Positions 17,885 through 29,000 of a DNA stretch of 64,000 bases are shown piece by piece. Made by a program: the position numbers and the translations under genes. Position 1 is the stretch's first letter. Each line of letters begins with the position of its first letter. Source of the stretch: Planctomycetaceae bacterium (GTDB lineage: Bacteria; Planctomycetota; Planctomycetia; Planctomycetales; Planctomycetaceae); NCBI GenBank assembly GCA_046349695.1, contig JAXMBV010000036.1, positions 5,713 through 69,712 of the forward strand, in the 5' to 3' direction. Below the pieces are notes generated by a model that worked only from the letters and a program-made list of their open reading frames with translations, was not told the DNA's origin and did no database searches.

Positions 17885-17914
17885 AGTCGTTTGCTCCGCT
17901 CTCTTGCGTTCGCC

Positions 17915-19330
17915 TTAGTTGGCTGTGGTTTTGATAGCGAACAGTGAGAACGCCATGCTTGCGGTCCCAGCGCCTTCGCGATCGTCGACGAATGCGACGT
18001 TGGGGGAATTCTGTTCCTTTTCCACATGCCGTTCATTGAACCGAATCCCGAGGTTCAGTGTGCGTTCAACATTGCCCCAGGCTTCGCTGCGTTCGATTCG
18101 GAAATAGTGCCAGTTCTGGCGAGGAAATACGCGAGGAGTGTCAGTCGCGGCAACAATGTTCAACCCCCGACGGCCCCTGCGGAAAATGTCGTCCACTTCA
18201 TCAGAGCTGCCGGCTTTCATATGGAGCTTTCGCTCTGAGAGCATCTCCGCGACTTTCGAACTGCTGAGCAACGATTCTACGCCGATGTAGAAGGCCCAGC
18301 TTGGTTCGAGCCATTCCTGCTGCAGTCGAACCGACATCTGAAGTCCCTGCCAGGCGAACGGGATGCGCACATAATCAGCGTCTGCCCCAATTTCGATATC
18401 AAGGAGTCGGCGAAGTTCCTGAAAACACAGCGCAATGTTGTCATGGTTATAGACAGGCAGTTCACTGAGCTTGCGGCTGCGCCGAAAGATGGCCAGTTCA
18501 CCGGCGGCCCGGCAAAGTTCCATGTAGACGAGGAATGGATGAATGCCGCGATGGAATGGAAGCGGAGCAATGCCGCCAAGCGCGGAATTGAGTGCATGCA
18601 GATGAAGAATACGCTCAAGGTCCTCGCGGTGCCCGCTGCCAAACGAGACTCCGCGATCGATCATCTGACGGGCGAGTTGATCGGCCGTTGCTGACAGCCG
18701 ATCATACACCGATCGCACAAAGTAGCTGACGTAAGGCCAAGCTTCCTGACAGAGTATCGGAGGAATGTAGTCCGGGTCTACCTGCGGAGGAGCCTCCGCC
18801 GTGGTGCCCAGTTTCAGTTGCATGATGGGCAGCGCATCGAATCCCCTGGCGGCTTCATCGCCGATCAGCAATCTTGGATTGGCGCGCCGGAGTTCTATCT
18901 CCTGAGGATTGCCAGCTCGATTTTCGTCTTCAACCTCTTCCCGATGGCGGAGGTACCGACGCGGCGGAGTTTCGGATTCAATGCCGACGTTGGAAATGCC
19001 GCGTCGAAGTTCTGAGATTCCAAGGTAAACCTTAACCCTGGTTTCGGCTGTTCGAAAGATGGTTTTCGGGATCGGTTCCGGAGAGATATGACAGTCTTCC
19101 GGGAACTTCAGCTGAGTTCCATCCTGCAGCCGAATATGACATCGGCTCAACGAGACACGCCAGTTAGCGAGAGCATCCGAATCCACTTCCAGCTGATAAA
19201 GCCCATAGAACGCCGGCGTCAGCCATGATGCCGACTGGTGCAGTGCCTGCTGGAACTGAACTTCAAGGCGCTGAAAATGATGCGGGCGAAGGAAGAGGCC
19301 TTCGTCCCAGAACATAGAATGAGATGCCAT
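17915..19330 (-). CDS. tssK: T6SS baseplate subunit TssK
   Basis: 'MFWDEGLFLRPHHFQ' is the hallmark TssK N-terminus. ATG 19330 is preceded by agaggg. The longest ORF begins at TTG 19378. Confidence 0.85.
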   Translation of the reverse strand: MASHSMFWDEGLFLRPHHFQRLEVQFQQALHQSASWLTPAFYGLYQLEVDSDALANWRVSLSRCHIRLQDGTQLKFPEDCHISPEPIPKTIFRTAETRVKVYLGISELRRGISNVGIESETPPRRYLRHREEVEDENRAGNPQEIELRRANPRLLIGDEAARGFDALPIMQLKLGTTAEAPPQVDPDYIPPILCQEAWPYVSYFVRSVYDRLSATADQLARQMIDRGVSFGSGHREDLERILHLHALNSALGGIAPLPFHRGIHPFLVYMELCRAAGELAIFRRSRKLSELPVYNHDNIALCFQELRRLLDIEIGADADYVRIPFAWQGLQMSVRLQQEWLEPSWAFYIGVESLLSSSKVAEMLSERKLHMKAGSSDEVDDIFRRGRRGLNIVAATDTPRVFPRQNWHYFRIERSEAWGNVERTLNLGIRFNERHVEKEQNSPNVAFVDDREGAGTASMAFSLFAIKTTAN

Positions 19331-19441
19331 CAGAACCCTCTGGATGTTCCGCATACTGCGGAAGAACAAAGTCCACAAAACATCCCTGACCCTGGTCCGC
19401 CGTCACAGTCCCTGACTGGACTGAAAGGCAACGTGCGATGT

Positions 19442-22400
19442 TCAGGGATTGATGATTTCCGTTGGAATTGACAATGGCTGTTTGAGCACGAGAGCACCGT
19501 TTTGCCGAGTTGTCCTCGACGTCAGAGCGATCTCCCGCTCAGCGAGTTTATCGTCCGTCCAGTCACCCTCAAACTCCCACACGACAGATCCACTTTCGAA
19601 TCGCCGACAAACAGAATTCACTCGGTCCGGATAAAATTCCCGGTTTGTCGCATCCCGCTTGCCAATTTCAATTCGGACATCCGGAAGCTCTTTGGCGCTT
19701 TCGGGGCTGCTATCCGGTACATCCAGGCGGATCTGAAGTTTGTCCGGCAGTTTTCGATACCAGAGATCTGCGTTCGGCAGTTCTCCGGATGCAGGATGAT
19801 GTAGGAGCTTGTCGGGACCGTTGTGTTCCACGATCTCGGACCATTTGAAGACATGGTCGGGCCTGGTGCGGGTCATGCGACACACGGCATTGACTCGAAC
19901 ATTGGACCGTGGCCAGTCCTGGAGGCGAATTCTCCACGCGGGTGTTCCGATCAGCATTCCGTTGGAATCCTGAAGCAATCGTTCTTCGGACCGGTGAAAC
20001 TGCTGTCCCGGCGCAGAATCCGCTTCAAACCAGAATTCGACTTCCTCCGGCGTTTTGACTGGCAGGGAACTGTCATCGCCAGTGAGCATCAAATCCACTT
20101 CCAGCGAACTGTCAACGCCGTTTCGTTTTGCTGTGGAGATGGCGGAAAGTCTGGATGGAGTCAGTCGGTCTTCACCACTGCTCCCACGAAATTCTGCTGA
20201 GGCAACAGCTGGAGGGCGCATGAACAGGAACTCATTGTTGCGCCAGTCGACCTGCATTTTCTGAGTATCACCTGCTTTGAATTCCAGAAGAATGTTGTCC
20301 TTTGTTTTGACGTCCTGATACAGCAGCTGGTACGAGTTCCCAGCGGGGATTTGATCATCCATATACTGAAAGCGATTCCTTTCCTTCTCCGCCGTGATCT
20401 GGATGGGTTCCAACGGCGCGTTCTCCAGACGAAACACTGGCGGCTTCCGAAATTCATCAAGAGCCCGAATAATCCCATCATTGTCTTTGGCATCTTTGAC
20501 TGTGCACCACTGTTTGAGCCCATCGCGTGCGAAGAGCTTTGTGATGGACTCTTTTTCTTCGTTGGCATTGATGTCAAACATGATGACCAGGACGTTGATC
20601 CTGCCGCCTGAGCCTTTCAGCAACTGGATCAGTTCATCCATGTTGTCCAGATCGGTGGCTGCACCATCAGTAATTGCCACCACGACACCAGGCTGGTACT
20701 GCAGGTCCTGTGTGATGGCTCTGCACAGCGAATAAAGCAGAGGCGTTGCTCCGAACGGCTGGGACTTCTCAAGTCGCTTCAAAACGTCATCAAAAGCCTT
20801 CTGTCCGTCGTCATTCAGACGCGTGAGCGGAACAAGTTGCTGGGAATCTTTCTGAGGATCGTCGGGTGGTTCAATAGACTGGTCCGGGAACTTGAAGCCC
20901 TGAAAGTGCTTAGCAAAATCCGGATTAGGGCTGCTTAGTCCCAGTCGGTGTCCAAACACTCTGAGACTACCGGGGCAAAATGGATCCTGCAGTGAAATCA
21001 CCTTGCGCATCGCTTCCAGCGCTTCTGCAGCGCGGGTGTTGACGGCATTCCCACGTACAGTTTTCATGCTGCCGGACCAGTCGAATACAAAAGCGATTGG
21101 CCGGGTGTCGGTTGTTTCCAGATACACGGCCCCATTTTCAGGAGGGATTCTGCGAACAACTTCCCAGGAGCGTCCTTCGCGCGGATCAACTTGTATCGCG
21201 CCAAGCTGTTGATGTCGCCCGCGGAAGTATAGAGAGACGCCATAGTCCACTGCCTGTGACAATTCGGCTTCCGTGGCTGATTGAGTGACTTTGAAGTTAA
21301 AGTTGGGCACTGGAATGGACTCCTGCCCAATACTGATGAGAGCAGAAAATTCATCCAGCGGTGTGCCATTCGCCATCAAATGTAAACCGGAAGGAACCGG
21401 ATCCGCAGTTGTCGGCGTGACTAAGAATGTCGCCTTTCCCTGAAACAACTTTGGTTCCGGAAACTCAATGACGCCCCGTCCGTACCATGTTTTGCCATCG
21501 GTCAGTTTGACTACGGAAGGGGCGAGAGGAGACTTGAGTGATGCTGACCATTTGCCAGTGCTGCGGGCCTTCAGTCTCTCCTGGCAGGCGCGATCGTCTC
21601 CAGCCCATTTCTCTGCCGTCTTGAAGTACCAGTCGGGGCTTTTTCCGGAGATCCAGCCGCCTGTCAACAGTCGCTTCACATGTAGGTCACGATAGTCATG
21701 CAGGTATCGATCCAGCAGCGATTTCGTGAGAAGGTTTTTTCGCTTGTCCCACAGAGTCATGCAGTCATAGACTGGCAGGACTCGGCAGAGAAATTCAGCA
21801 TTGCCAAGCTGTTGAGTTTTTGTGGAATCGTCAGGTGGGGTCATGAGTTCTCGCCGGACTGATTTCCAGACATCGCTGATCTCATAACCACGCTCGAAGA
21901 GTTCATCCAGGGTTTTCACAGGGACCTTGTCCTGTGGCAAAAAGGTCAGGATCTGGGCCTTCCAGCGAACGGCACTTTGGTTTCCAGAGGCCAGGAAGCA
22001 TGGCTGGAACGGCGACTCTTCCGCGAGCGGAGTCTTATTCTGAGCCATCGCGATGTCAGTATTTGCCACCATCCTCAGGATGGCGGTACGGTCTTCGGCA
22101 GAGACGAACGTCAGTTTCAGCAAGCCACGAGTGGCCTGATAATGTGCTCGCAGATTTGACCCTGGAATGGCCTTCTTTCCGTCCTCTCCGATGGCGTTGC
22201 TGACCAGCGATTTTCCGAGAGCCTGAGTCTGTCGATACGATTCATCAAGACGTGTTCGCCATTTTGCCAGTGATCCATGATGTTCCTGCAGGGGCGACAG
22301 AGCGTCGGGCACTGGCGTTTGAAAGAGCAACTGTTGCAGTACGCGGGAACAAAGCAAAATTCGGAGCGTTTCGTTCGCAAGTTCTTTATTCAGAACTGCC

Positions 22401-24256
22401 GGCTCGTCTTTTGCAGAAATTTGCTGCCTCGGAGGCATTCGGTCCCACAGCGAACCTGCGTCCCGCCGCTGAAAGTTGTCGCTGAGGAGCAAGGCTGTGT
22501 CAGAGTCTTTCTCGACGTGGGCGGCCGTGCTGCACCATTCCAGCAGACCAGGGATGAGTGGCTGAACATCCGCCAGAAGGCTTTCACTCAACCGGCGTTC
22601 CCGTGCCGTTTCGGTGATCACGTTCAGAATGGTTTCGATGGACTTTGGATCTCCGGAATCCACATTGGGTGCCGCAAAAAACGAATCTTCCACATCGAGG
22701 ATTTCTGTGTCGGCTTTTGACATCAGCGATTCAAGCATGTGAACACCACCGAATGTTTGTGCTGCTGTCCGTTCAGCCCTGGCTCGCTGGTCCGCCAGAA
22801 ATTTCTTTCGTGTTTCATTGTCCGTCGTCCGTGCATCAGCTTCTGTCCGGATGATCTGTTCCCACGAAGGCAATGGTGTCGGCTCAGTATCTCCGGATGC
22901 GTCTTCCGACGAGGCCGTCCAGGAATTGCTGATTCTCGAAAACGCGGGCGTGGACTTGAACCAGATTTTTGGCAATTGTCCGTCAGTGGACAGGTCGGAT
23001 CGCGATTGTACGTCGGTCCCCGGCTGAGTCTTCAGTTCAGCGTCGGCAGCAGTGAGGTAGACTGTTTCGGCGATCCGACACAATGAGTTTGCCGTTTCAA
23101 AATCGCCGGACAGAAATGACTCCTCGGCCGCCTGAAGATAATCGACAGCGATGCGCAGAGGAATCGGAGCGAAGCGGCTGCCACAGCGATCATTAATCTG
23201 CTGGCAGTGTTTCCATGTGGCTTCAATTCGACGCAATGCCGGATCGTCGATCGCAGACAGCAGCTTCTGTTCCGGGGGTGTTCCGGGACTTTTGACGACG
23301 ACAAAGTTTGTGTTCGTGCTGTCCCTGGTAACATGCTGGAGCTCCGGGCCCCGAAAAGCTGTTACCCATTCCTGTGTTCCTGCCTGCAGGTATCCAAAGA
23401 ACTCATTCACGTCAATCAGTTGGTCGGAGTTGGCATCTGCGTCGGTTGAAAGTGCAGCGTTCACAAAGTGTGCGAAAGCTGTCTGTCCCTTGAAGTGGAT
23501 CGAACCTGGCCAGCTGATTTCCTGATCGCCGGAGGCTGCAATCACCGCCAGCCCGGAGATTTCTTCCGGCCACTTAAGGCATTCTGTGATCCCCGTGTTG
23601 CCTGTTGATCCGTACCGCAGAGAGTCTCTCAGTGGAGGAGTATCAAGCAAAAGAAGAACACTGACGTTTTCGCGTTCTTCAACGAGCTTGCTGATGGCTT
23701 CCTTAACATTCTCAAGTGAGACTGTGTCATCGGCTTCCAGATCCGGGCTTCCCCGTCCGCTCAGAACCTGGATTTTGTTTGCAGAATTGCTGACCAGACC
23801 GGTCTGAAGATAGAGAATCAGAATCTCGTGATCACTGTCGCGGTAACGAGTTTCTTCTCGAACCGCGTTGAGTCCTTCGGACCATCGGTCAAACAATGAT
23901 GATCTCGCTGCAGGAACTTTCAGATTTCTGAGCACTGCGTTGTCTGCCGTCAGATCCTGGACGGCGGGTTCCTGGTTGACAAGACCTGGCCACTGGAGCT
24001 GAACGGCGTCGAGAGCCCCGGCCGGATTTCGCACGGTAACGAGATTGAAACTTGTGGCGAATCGGTCTGGTATGACAAAGATCCAGATTGCCAGCCCAAC
24101 AAGTATGAACAGCAACAGCGAGGCAACGGCAATCAATCCCCATCGGAGACTGCCGTCGGCATTTGCTGCCCGCCGGCGCGATTGTTTCCATGCAGGGCTT
24201 TCAGAGGAGTCCGACCGGCCGCGACTTTCTCTTCCGCCTCTCCATCCTCGTGCCAT
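19442..24256 (-). CDS. giant single-pass membrane protein with VWA (MIDAS) domain, T6SS-associated
   Basis: 1604 aa with an ATG start. It has an Arg-rich N-tail, one TM (WGLIAVASLLLFILVGLAIWIFVI), an alpha/beta domain, a long helical region, and a VWA domain. The VWA domain has MIDAS 'FVFDWSGSM' (nt 21065..21091), 'GATPL' and 'ITDGAAT'. The C-terminus is beta-rich. Confidence 0.85.
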   Translation of the reverse strand: MARGWRGGRESRGRSDSSESPAWKQSRRRAANADGSLRWGLIAVASLLLFILVGLAIWIFVIPDRFATSFNLVTVRNPAGALDAVQLQWPGLVNQEPAVQDLTADNAVLRNLKVPAARSSLFDRWSEGLNAVREETRYRDSDHEILILYLQTGLVSNSANKIQVLSGRGSPDLEADDTVSLENVKEAISKLVEERENVSVLLLLDTPPLRDSLRYGSTGNTGITECLKWPEEISGLAVIAASGDQEISWPGSIHFKGQTAFAHFVNAALSTDADANSDQLIDVNEFFGYLQAGTQEWVTAFRGPELQHVTRDSTNTNFVVVKSPGTPPEQKLLSAIDDPALRRIEATWKHCQQINDRCGSRFAPIPLRIAVDYLQAAEESFLSGDFETANSLCRIAETVYLTAADAELKTQPGTDVQSRSDLSTDGQLPKIWFKSTPAFSRISNSWTASSEDASGDTEPTPLPSWEQIIRTEADARTTDNETRKKFLADQRARAERTAAQTFGGVHMLESLMSKADTEILDVEDSFFAAPNVDSGDPKSIETILNVITETARERRLSESLLADVQPLIPGLLEWCSTAAHVEKDSDTALLLSDNFQRRDAGSLWDRMPPRQQISAKDEPAVLNKELANETLRILLCSRVLQQLLFQTPVPDALSPLQEHHGSLAKWRTRLDESYRQTQALGKSLVSNAIGEDGKKAIPGSNLRAHYQATRGLLKLTFVSAEDRTAILRMVANTDIAMAQNKTPLAEESPFQPCFLASGNQSAVRWKAQILTFLPQDKVPVKTLDELFERGYEISDVWKSVRRELMTPPDDSTKTQQLGNAEFLCRVLPVYDCMTLWDKRKNLLTKSLLDRYLHDYRDLHVKRLLTGGWISGKSPDWYFKTAEKWAGDDRACQERLKARSTGKWSASLKSPLAPSVVKLTDGKTWYGRGVIEFPEPKLFQGKATFLVTPTTADPVPSGLHLMANGTPLDEFSALISIGQESIPVPNFNFKVTQSATEAELSQAVDYGVSLYFRGRHQQLGAIQVDPREGRSWEVVRRIPPENGAVYLETTDTRPIAFVFDWSGSMKTVRGNAVNTRAAEALEAMRKVISLQDPFCPGSLRVFGHRLGLSSPNPDFAKHFQGFKFPDQSIEPPDDPQKDSQQLVPLTRLNDDGQKAFDDVLKRLEKSQPFGATPLLYSLCRAITQDLQYQPGVVVAITDGAATDLDNMDELIQLLKGSGGRINVLVIMFDINANEEKESITKLFARDGLKQWCTVKDAKDNDGIIRALDEFRKPPVFRLENAPLEPIQITAEKERNRFQYMDDQIPAGNSYQLLYQDVKTKDNILLEFKAGDTQKMQVDWRNNEFLFMRPPAVASAEFRGSSGEDRLTPSRLSAISTAKRNGVDSSLEVDLMLTGDDSSLPVKTPEEVEFWFEADSAPGQQFHRSEERLLQDSNGMLIGTPAWRIRLQDWPRSNVRVNAVCRMTRTRPDHVFKWSEIVEHNGPDKLLHHPASGELPNADLWYRKLPDKLQIRLDVPDSSPESAKELPDVRIEIGKRDATNREFYPDRVNSVCRRFESGSVVWEFEGDWTDDKLAEREIALTSRTTRQNGALVLKQPLSIPTEIINP

Positions 24257-24312
24257 GACCTACTCCAGGATATCGGATTGCTTCTGCACTTTATTGATGT
24301 CTGCGGCAGAGG

Positions 24313-25956
24313 CTACTTGTTCTTCATTGTGTAAAGAATGAAAATCGTCGCGACCGTCGCAGCGCTGGCGGCAACAAACAGAAGAATGGCAAATGAGCGG
24401 GAACGCTGCACACTTCGAACGTAGTGCGGTGCCCACGCCACTTCATTTTGATCCTGCCGAAGTTTGTCCACGACTCCCTCAATGAAGCCCTGTTCTGTAG
24501 CGAGTCTTCCGGTCGCGGCAAAATAAACTCCGTGGAGCCGAAGGGCAGGCTTGATTCCGGCATACAGGCATTCCCGCAGAAGAACCATGATGCCATCTCG
24601 GCGCTGGCCAAGTTCACAGACCATCTGGAACATCTTAGGGTTTTCGCGGTGATCAAGATCGTTTGCAAACCCCGCGTAAACCCAGCGACGAAACCACTGG
24701 AGTCCAGAGTCTGTAATCCACTGGGCCATCGATTCTGTCATCTCCACGCCTTTTGGAAAGCTGGAGCCAGCACGTGTTTTTCTAAGACCCGGGCAAATTC
24801 GCTCCGTTCTCAACAGGAACTCCCGCATTCCTGACAAGTCATCCAGTTCTGTAAACATGGCAATCACAGGAAACTGCAGGTGCAGAACACTGTGAACAGC
24901 GACGAGGTCGTCACGGACTGCCGGAGCCAGCTTTCTGGCATAATCCGGGTCCGAGGCCCACGAGAGCGGGATTGCCTGGAGCATCCCATTGAGGCCACAG
25001 AAAGGCTTTCGAACCAAGTTAATCAACTGACACAGGAATCGTACTCGCCGTATACCAACGAGGCTTTCCAGATCGGTGACGGGCTGAACCTTTTTCTTTC
25101 CGTAACCCTTGAGGCCACTAAAATTGGTGGCGGAAAATGTCTGCATCGCTTTCTTCATACCACCGGGAACCATCGTTCCCATGAAGGAACGCGGAGCCGG
25201 GGCTGATCCGCCCTGGGTCATCGCCAGAACAGGCGCCGCAGAAGGCGCGGGCATCCCTGTCACAGTTCCGGTGAGTGGCCTGGGTTTCTCCGGCATTTGC
25301 CCGGCCTTCATCGTTCCCGTCAGTTTCTCCGAGGCTCCGCTTCGCGAGATTGAAGAATCGCTGTCCGCAACGACCTTTCCCTGCTGGCAAGTTGTGACTC
25401 CCACTCCGGACATACAAAGAAAGATGCCATTTTCGCGAGCGTAAGCCCGAAGTACCGTCGAATTGCGGTCCAGCGGAGGAGCAATAACTTTCCATTCGCT
25501 TCCTGCTCCGTTGTCCGACGAAGTTTCGAATGCTGATCTTTCCTGTTGTGGCGTCATCCCGTTGACAAGGAACAACGGGAGTTCATCGATATAGAGCCGC
25601 TCTCTCTCCAGCGCTGTCAGGATTTCTTTCCAGTCTGCTTCGATATCCGGAAAATCCGATTCCTCTTCGATTCCCAGCAGCCCAATCAGAAAAAGTACAG
25701 TGCGAACAATGCCGTAAAGCAGCAAAAACAAAACACCGCACCAAATGTCACTGATCCACCGAATCTCAAACTTAGGTGGTGTAAAGTGAAGAGAATTGAC
25801 AATGGAATCGCTGAAGATCGCCAGCAGCAGTGTGATCACTGCGATGAAAATGTAGTGAACGAACAGGTAGGATTTGGGGGAGCCAATCGCTGACTTCGGC
25901 ACGACACCAAACAGCCATCGGCACCAGTCGAGCATTCGGTAGAAAAAACTGCCCAT
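24313..25956 (-). CDS. tssM: truncated TssM/IcmF-like protein (N-terminal TM pair + cytoplasmic domain + one TM; no periplasmic domain)
   Basis: Two N-terminal TM helices (about res 31-49 and 70-95). 'ELPLFLVNGMTPQQER' sits at the position of the TssM 'LPWYLxIGxxGSGKT' block, so Walker A is lost. 'RRVRFLCQLINLVRKPFCGLNGMLQAIPLSW' and 'FPVIAMFTELDDLSGMREFL' match the TssM N-domain blocks (LNGvllaiS; PVYvvfTKxDLlxGFxEFF). The final TM FAILLFVAASAATVATIFILY is followed by only a few residues. The call is from motif memory. Confidence 0.6.
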   Translation of the reverse strand: MGSFFYRMLDWCRWLFGVVPKSAIGSPKSYLFVHYIFIAVITLLLAIFSDSIVNSLHFTPPKFEIRWISDIWCGVLFLLLYGIVRTVLFLIGLLGIEEESDFPDIEADWKEILTALERERLYIDELPLFLVNGMTPQQERSAFETSSDNGAGSEWKVIAPPLDRNSTVLRAYARENGIFLCMSGVGVTTCQQGKVVADSDSSISRSGASEKLTGTMKAGQMPEKPRPLTGTVTGMPAPSAAPVLAMTQGGSAPAPRSFMGTMVPGGMKKAMQTFSATNFSGLKGYGKKKVQPVTDLESLVGIRRVRFLCQLINLVRKPFCGLNGMLQAIPLSWASDPDYARKLAPAVRDDLVAVHSVLHLQFPVIAMFTELDDLSGMREFLLRTERICPGLRKTRAGSSFPKGVEMTESMAQWITDSGLQWFRRWVYAGFANDLDHRENPKMFQMVCELGQRRDGIMVLLRECLYAGIKPALRLHGVYFAATGRLATEQGFIEGVVDKLRQDQNEVAWAPHYVRSVQRSRSFAILLFVAASAATVATIFILYTMKNK

Positions 25957-26025
25957 AGATCTGGATCACTCTCAGTTCAGGTTGACGACATTCCGGGGCG
26001 ATCGGACTGTATCAGGATTGTCTTT

Positions 26026-29000
26026 TCACGGCAGCTGGTAAACTTTTGGCTTATCCATCATCGTGCCTTTGTCGTCGAGTTTTATTCGCTCGGAACCGCT
26101 GGTCTGGCCTTTGTCTTCCCATTTGACATCATGACTGCCGGCAGAAAGTGGTCCAAACTGCAGGACTTCCCCCGCTTTTGCTGTCTTTGTTTCACGGTCG
26201 ACGCTGGCTTTGAATTCTCCAACGACGCCACTTCCCAGGATGAAAGTGACGTAGAACGGTAACGGTTCCTTTTTCTCCATCGTCGCGGGCGTCGCCGATT
26301 TGACGAAAAACGCCGCATTCCTTTTCTTCTGCAGACCGGCATAGTTTGTCACGCGAACGATAAGTTCCTGTTTGGCCGGACCAGGACCCTCAGGAACCAC
26401 GAATGCCTCCGGGGGAATCGTGAACTTTTCAGATGCCATTCGATCCGATGGCGCTCGCCCGACAAATGCAGTCAGCGGCTTCAAATCTTCCAGTTTGCAT
26501 CCGACTTCGATCATTGCAATTCCTGAATCAGAATCACGAAGCCCCGTGATCTCTCCAATGAGAGGCATGTCTGGAGGAACAGTCCTTATCTCTGTGTTCC
26601 CGGTCGCGGAACCGGAAGCGATTTTGATCTCTCCAACCTCCGGCTCTGTGGCGTCAACCGCCAGTTCGATCGAATCTGTGGTGGACTTCGCAAGGTGTTT
26701 CAGTTCAGCCGTGATTTGGATTCGGCCGGGTTTCAGGGACAATGGTTCTGTTGCATCCCATGGCTCAGTCGTGGTCGTAACATTCCAGCGGCCTTCTTCT
26801 CCGCCAGTCACCTGGATTGCGTGTTCCTTGAAGCGGCTGATGCGACGGGATGCTCCAAGGCGTGTCTGGCTGTTAGTGGAAGGAGATTGCTGTTGCACGA
26901 AGAAATCAATCAGTGCGCTCTGGTTGACTGGTCGCCCCAGTATGTGAACTCGGGGGCGCAGAGGTTTCCCATTCGCCTGTGAATCGAAAATCGTCAGGCC
27001 AGGCAGAGAGTTCTTTGGCGGAACTCCGAAATCACTTAGTTCGGCCACGATAACCGGCGCGTCGTCTTCCCACAGTGGCTTGCAATTCCCGTTTGGCGTA
27101 AGTTTCCAGCCCCAGACAAATGGGTCACCACAGGCACTGACAAAGAACGTCGCTTCGCCCTGCAGCGGCTGAAGGAATTCAAACTCCATCGGGGAGTCCG
27201 CGTTTTGAATATCCTGTCGCTGATCTTCTGACAGCGGAGAAGCCATGTTCGCAAGCAACTGCGGGGAAAAATGCACCTTCACTGGCATGAGGCGGGGAGA
27301 GATCGCAGGAAGGCGCGACTGGCGACGAAACTGCAGACTCAGTTTTCGTTCCGTCGAATTGTAGTTCGCAAGCGGAATCTCAAGGAAGGACTCTGCCGAA
27401 CTGCATCGAGGCACCACTGTAATGATCTTCTCGTCCTGGCTAACCTCCTCACCGGGTGTTTCTGCAGCTTTCACAGAGACAACCCAGCCGTGTGAGAAGT
27501 CAATTCCGCCAGGTGCCGGAGCCTCGGCAGCTGGTGCTGCTGCTCCGGCGACCGGAGGAGGTGTCAGGGGGATTTTGATTTGCCCATCAGCGGGCACATC
27601 AAACGGCACAGCGTTCGGCCAGACCGACTGAAGCTGCCCGTCTTCAGTGATTCTTTTCAACTGCACCATGACTTTTGGGACGGCACCCTTCGTACGGATT
27701 AGGTGAACGCTGAAGTCTGTGGGCGGTTCTTTCCCAAGGTGCGGCGGCAAAGGAAGTTCCCATTGATCGCCGTTTGCGACCAGAATCTCCTGCCCCGATT
27801 TCCTTACAGCAAGCTCCCAGTCAGACACCGGGCTTGGCATGACCTTGACTGATTGTCGAGCCACAACGATGTTGTTTGGGTTGATGAAAAGCAATTGTGT
27901 GTCTATGGCCGTCAGCAGCGGGTCTGAATGCCTGCGGATCAGGTCGACGGATGGGGTTTCCGGATTGCCTGATTCGATGACCTCCAGCCCGGATTCAGCC
28001 GGAGCAAGAAGTTCGATTCGCGGTTTAGCCTGTTTTGAATCCACAGAGAACCCAATCGTGCCTTTGCCATCTTCTGACAAATACAACTGATTCCGGTTCA
28101 CATTGAACGGAGCTGGTGGTGAACGCAGCAGTCCATCGACCCTGGGCCTGGATGCCACTTCCCAGTTGAACGTTTCCCGGTGGGAGAAAAAGCGATTCAG
28201 AAGTGAGATCGCATCCTGAGTCGTGATGAGGCTGCTTTCGGGAGTTGTCGCATTCTGATACTCGTGGAGCGACTGCCAGCCTTCCTTTAGCGCCAACGCC
28301 AGTTCGACCCTCGCTGTTCTCTGTGAAGCGGTTGACTCTTTAGCCTCATCGAATGTGGTCTGCTTCAGCCGATTCCAGTTTTCCCAAATGCGTTCCACAA
28401 CCGGCGACCCGGCGGGAGCAGCGAGAGTCAGTTGCTGCTCCAGGTATCGAGCGGCCCAGTAGCCAGTCCACAGTCCGTTGCCTGACGCTGGCAGATCAGA
28501 TGTTGAAATGGATGTCGCATCCTCAACCGGCGTCAGCCGATTTTCCCCCGCCAGTGAAGGCGGAATCAATTGCCGTTGGCTGATCAACCATCGATCCTTA
28601 GCCCCGTCACCCTGCAGCAATTGTTCCTGAAGTACCTTCACGCTTCGAGTTGCCACAGCCTGATTCGGGTAGTCCCTGGACGTGAGTTCGAAAAGGGCCG
28701 ACTGCAGTTCGTCCGGAGTGGAAACATTCTTGTCCCGCTCAAGGCCTCGAAGTTCATCCAGCTTGAAGGATCGTTCCTGAGACAGAGCAAAGTACTGGAT
28801 CAGATAAGGCAATTCCTGCTGTTGAGCAAGCTGGCTGTCGCTGTCCGACTGAGTCTGCGAAATGCGCGCCTGTAGATCTTTCCAGTCTTCGCGTAGGTCT
28901 GCCACAATCGGCTTTGCCTTTTTCCACTGACCTTCGCCAAGGATCAGCCAGCTCTCTGCGGCAGCAAGTTGAATAAACAGCCGATCAATGGCTGCCAGTT

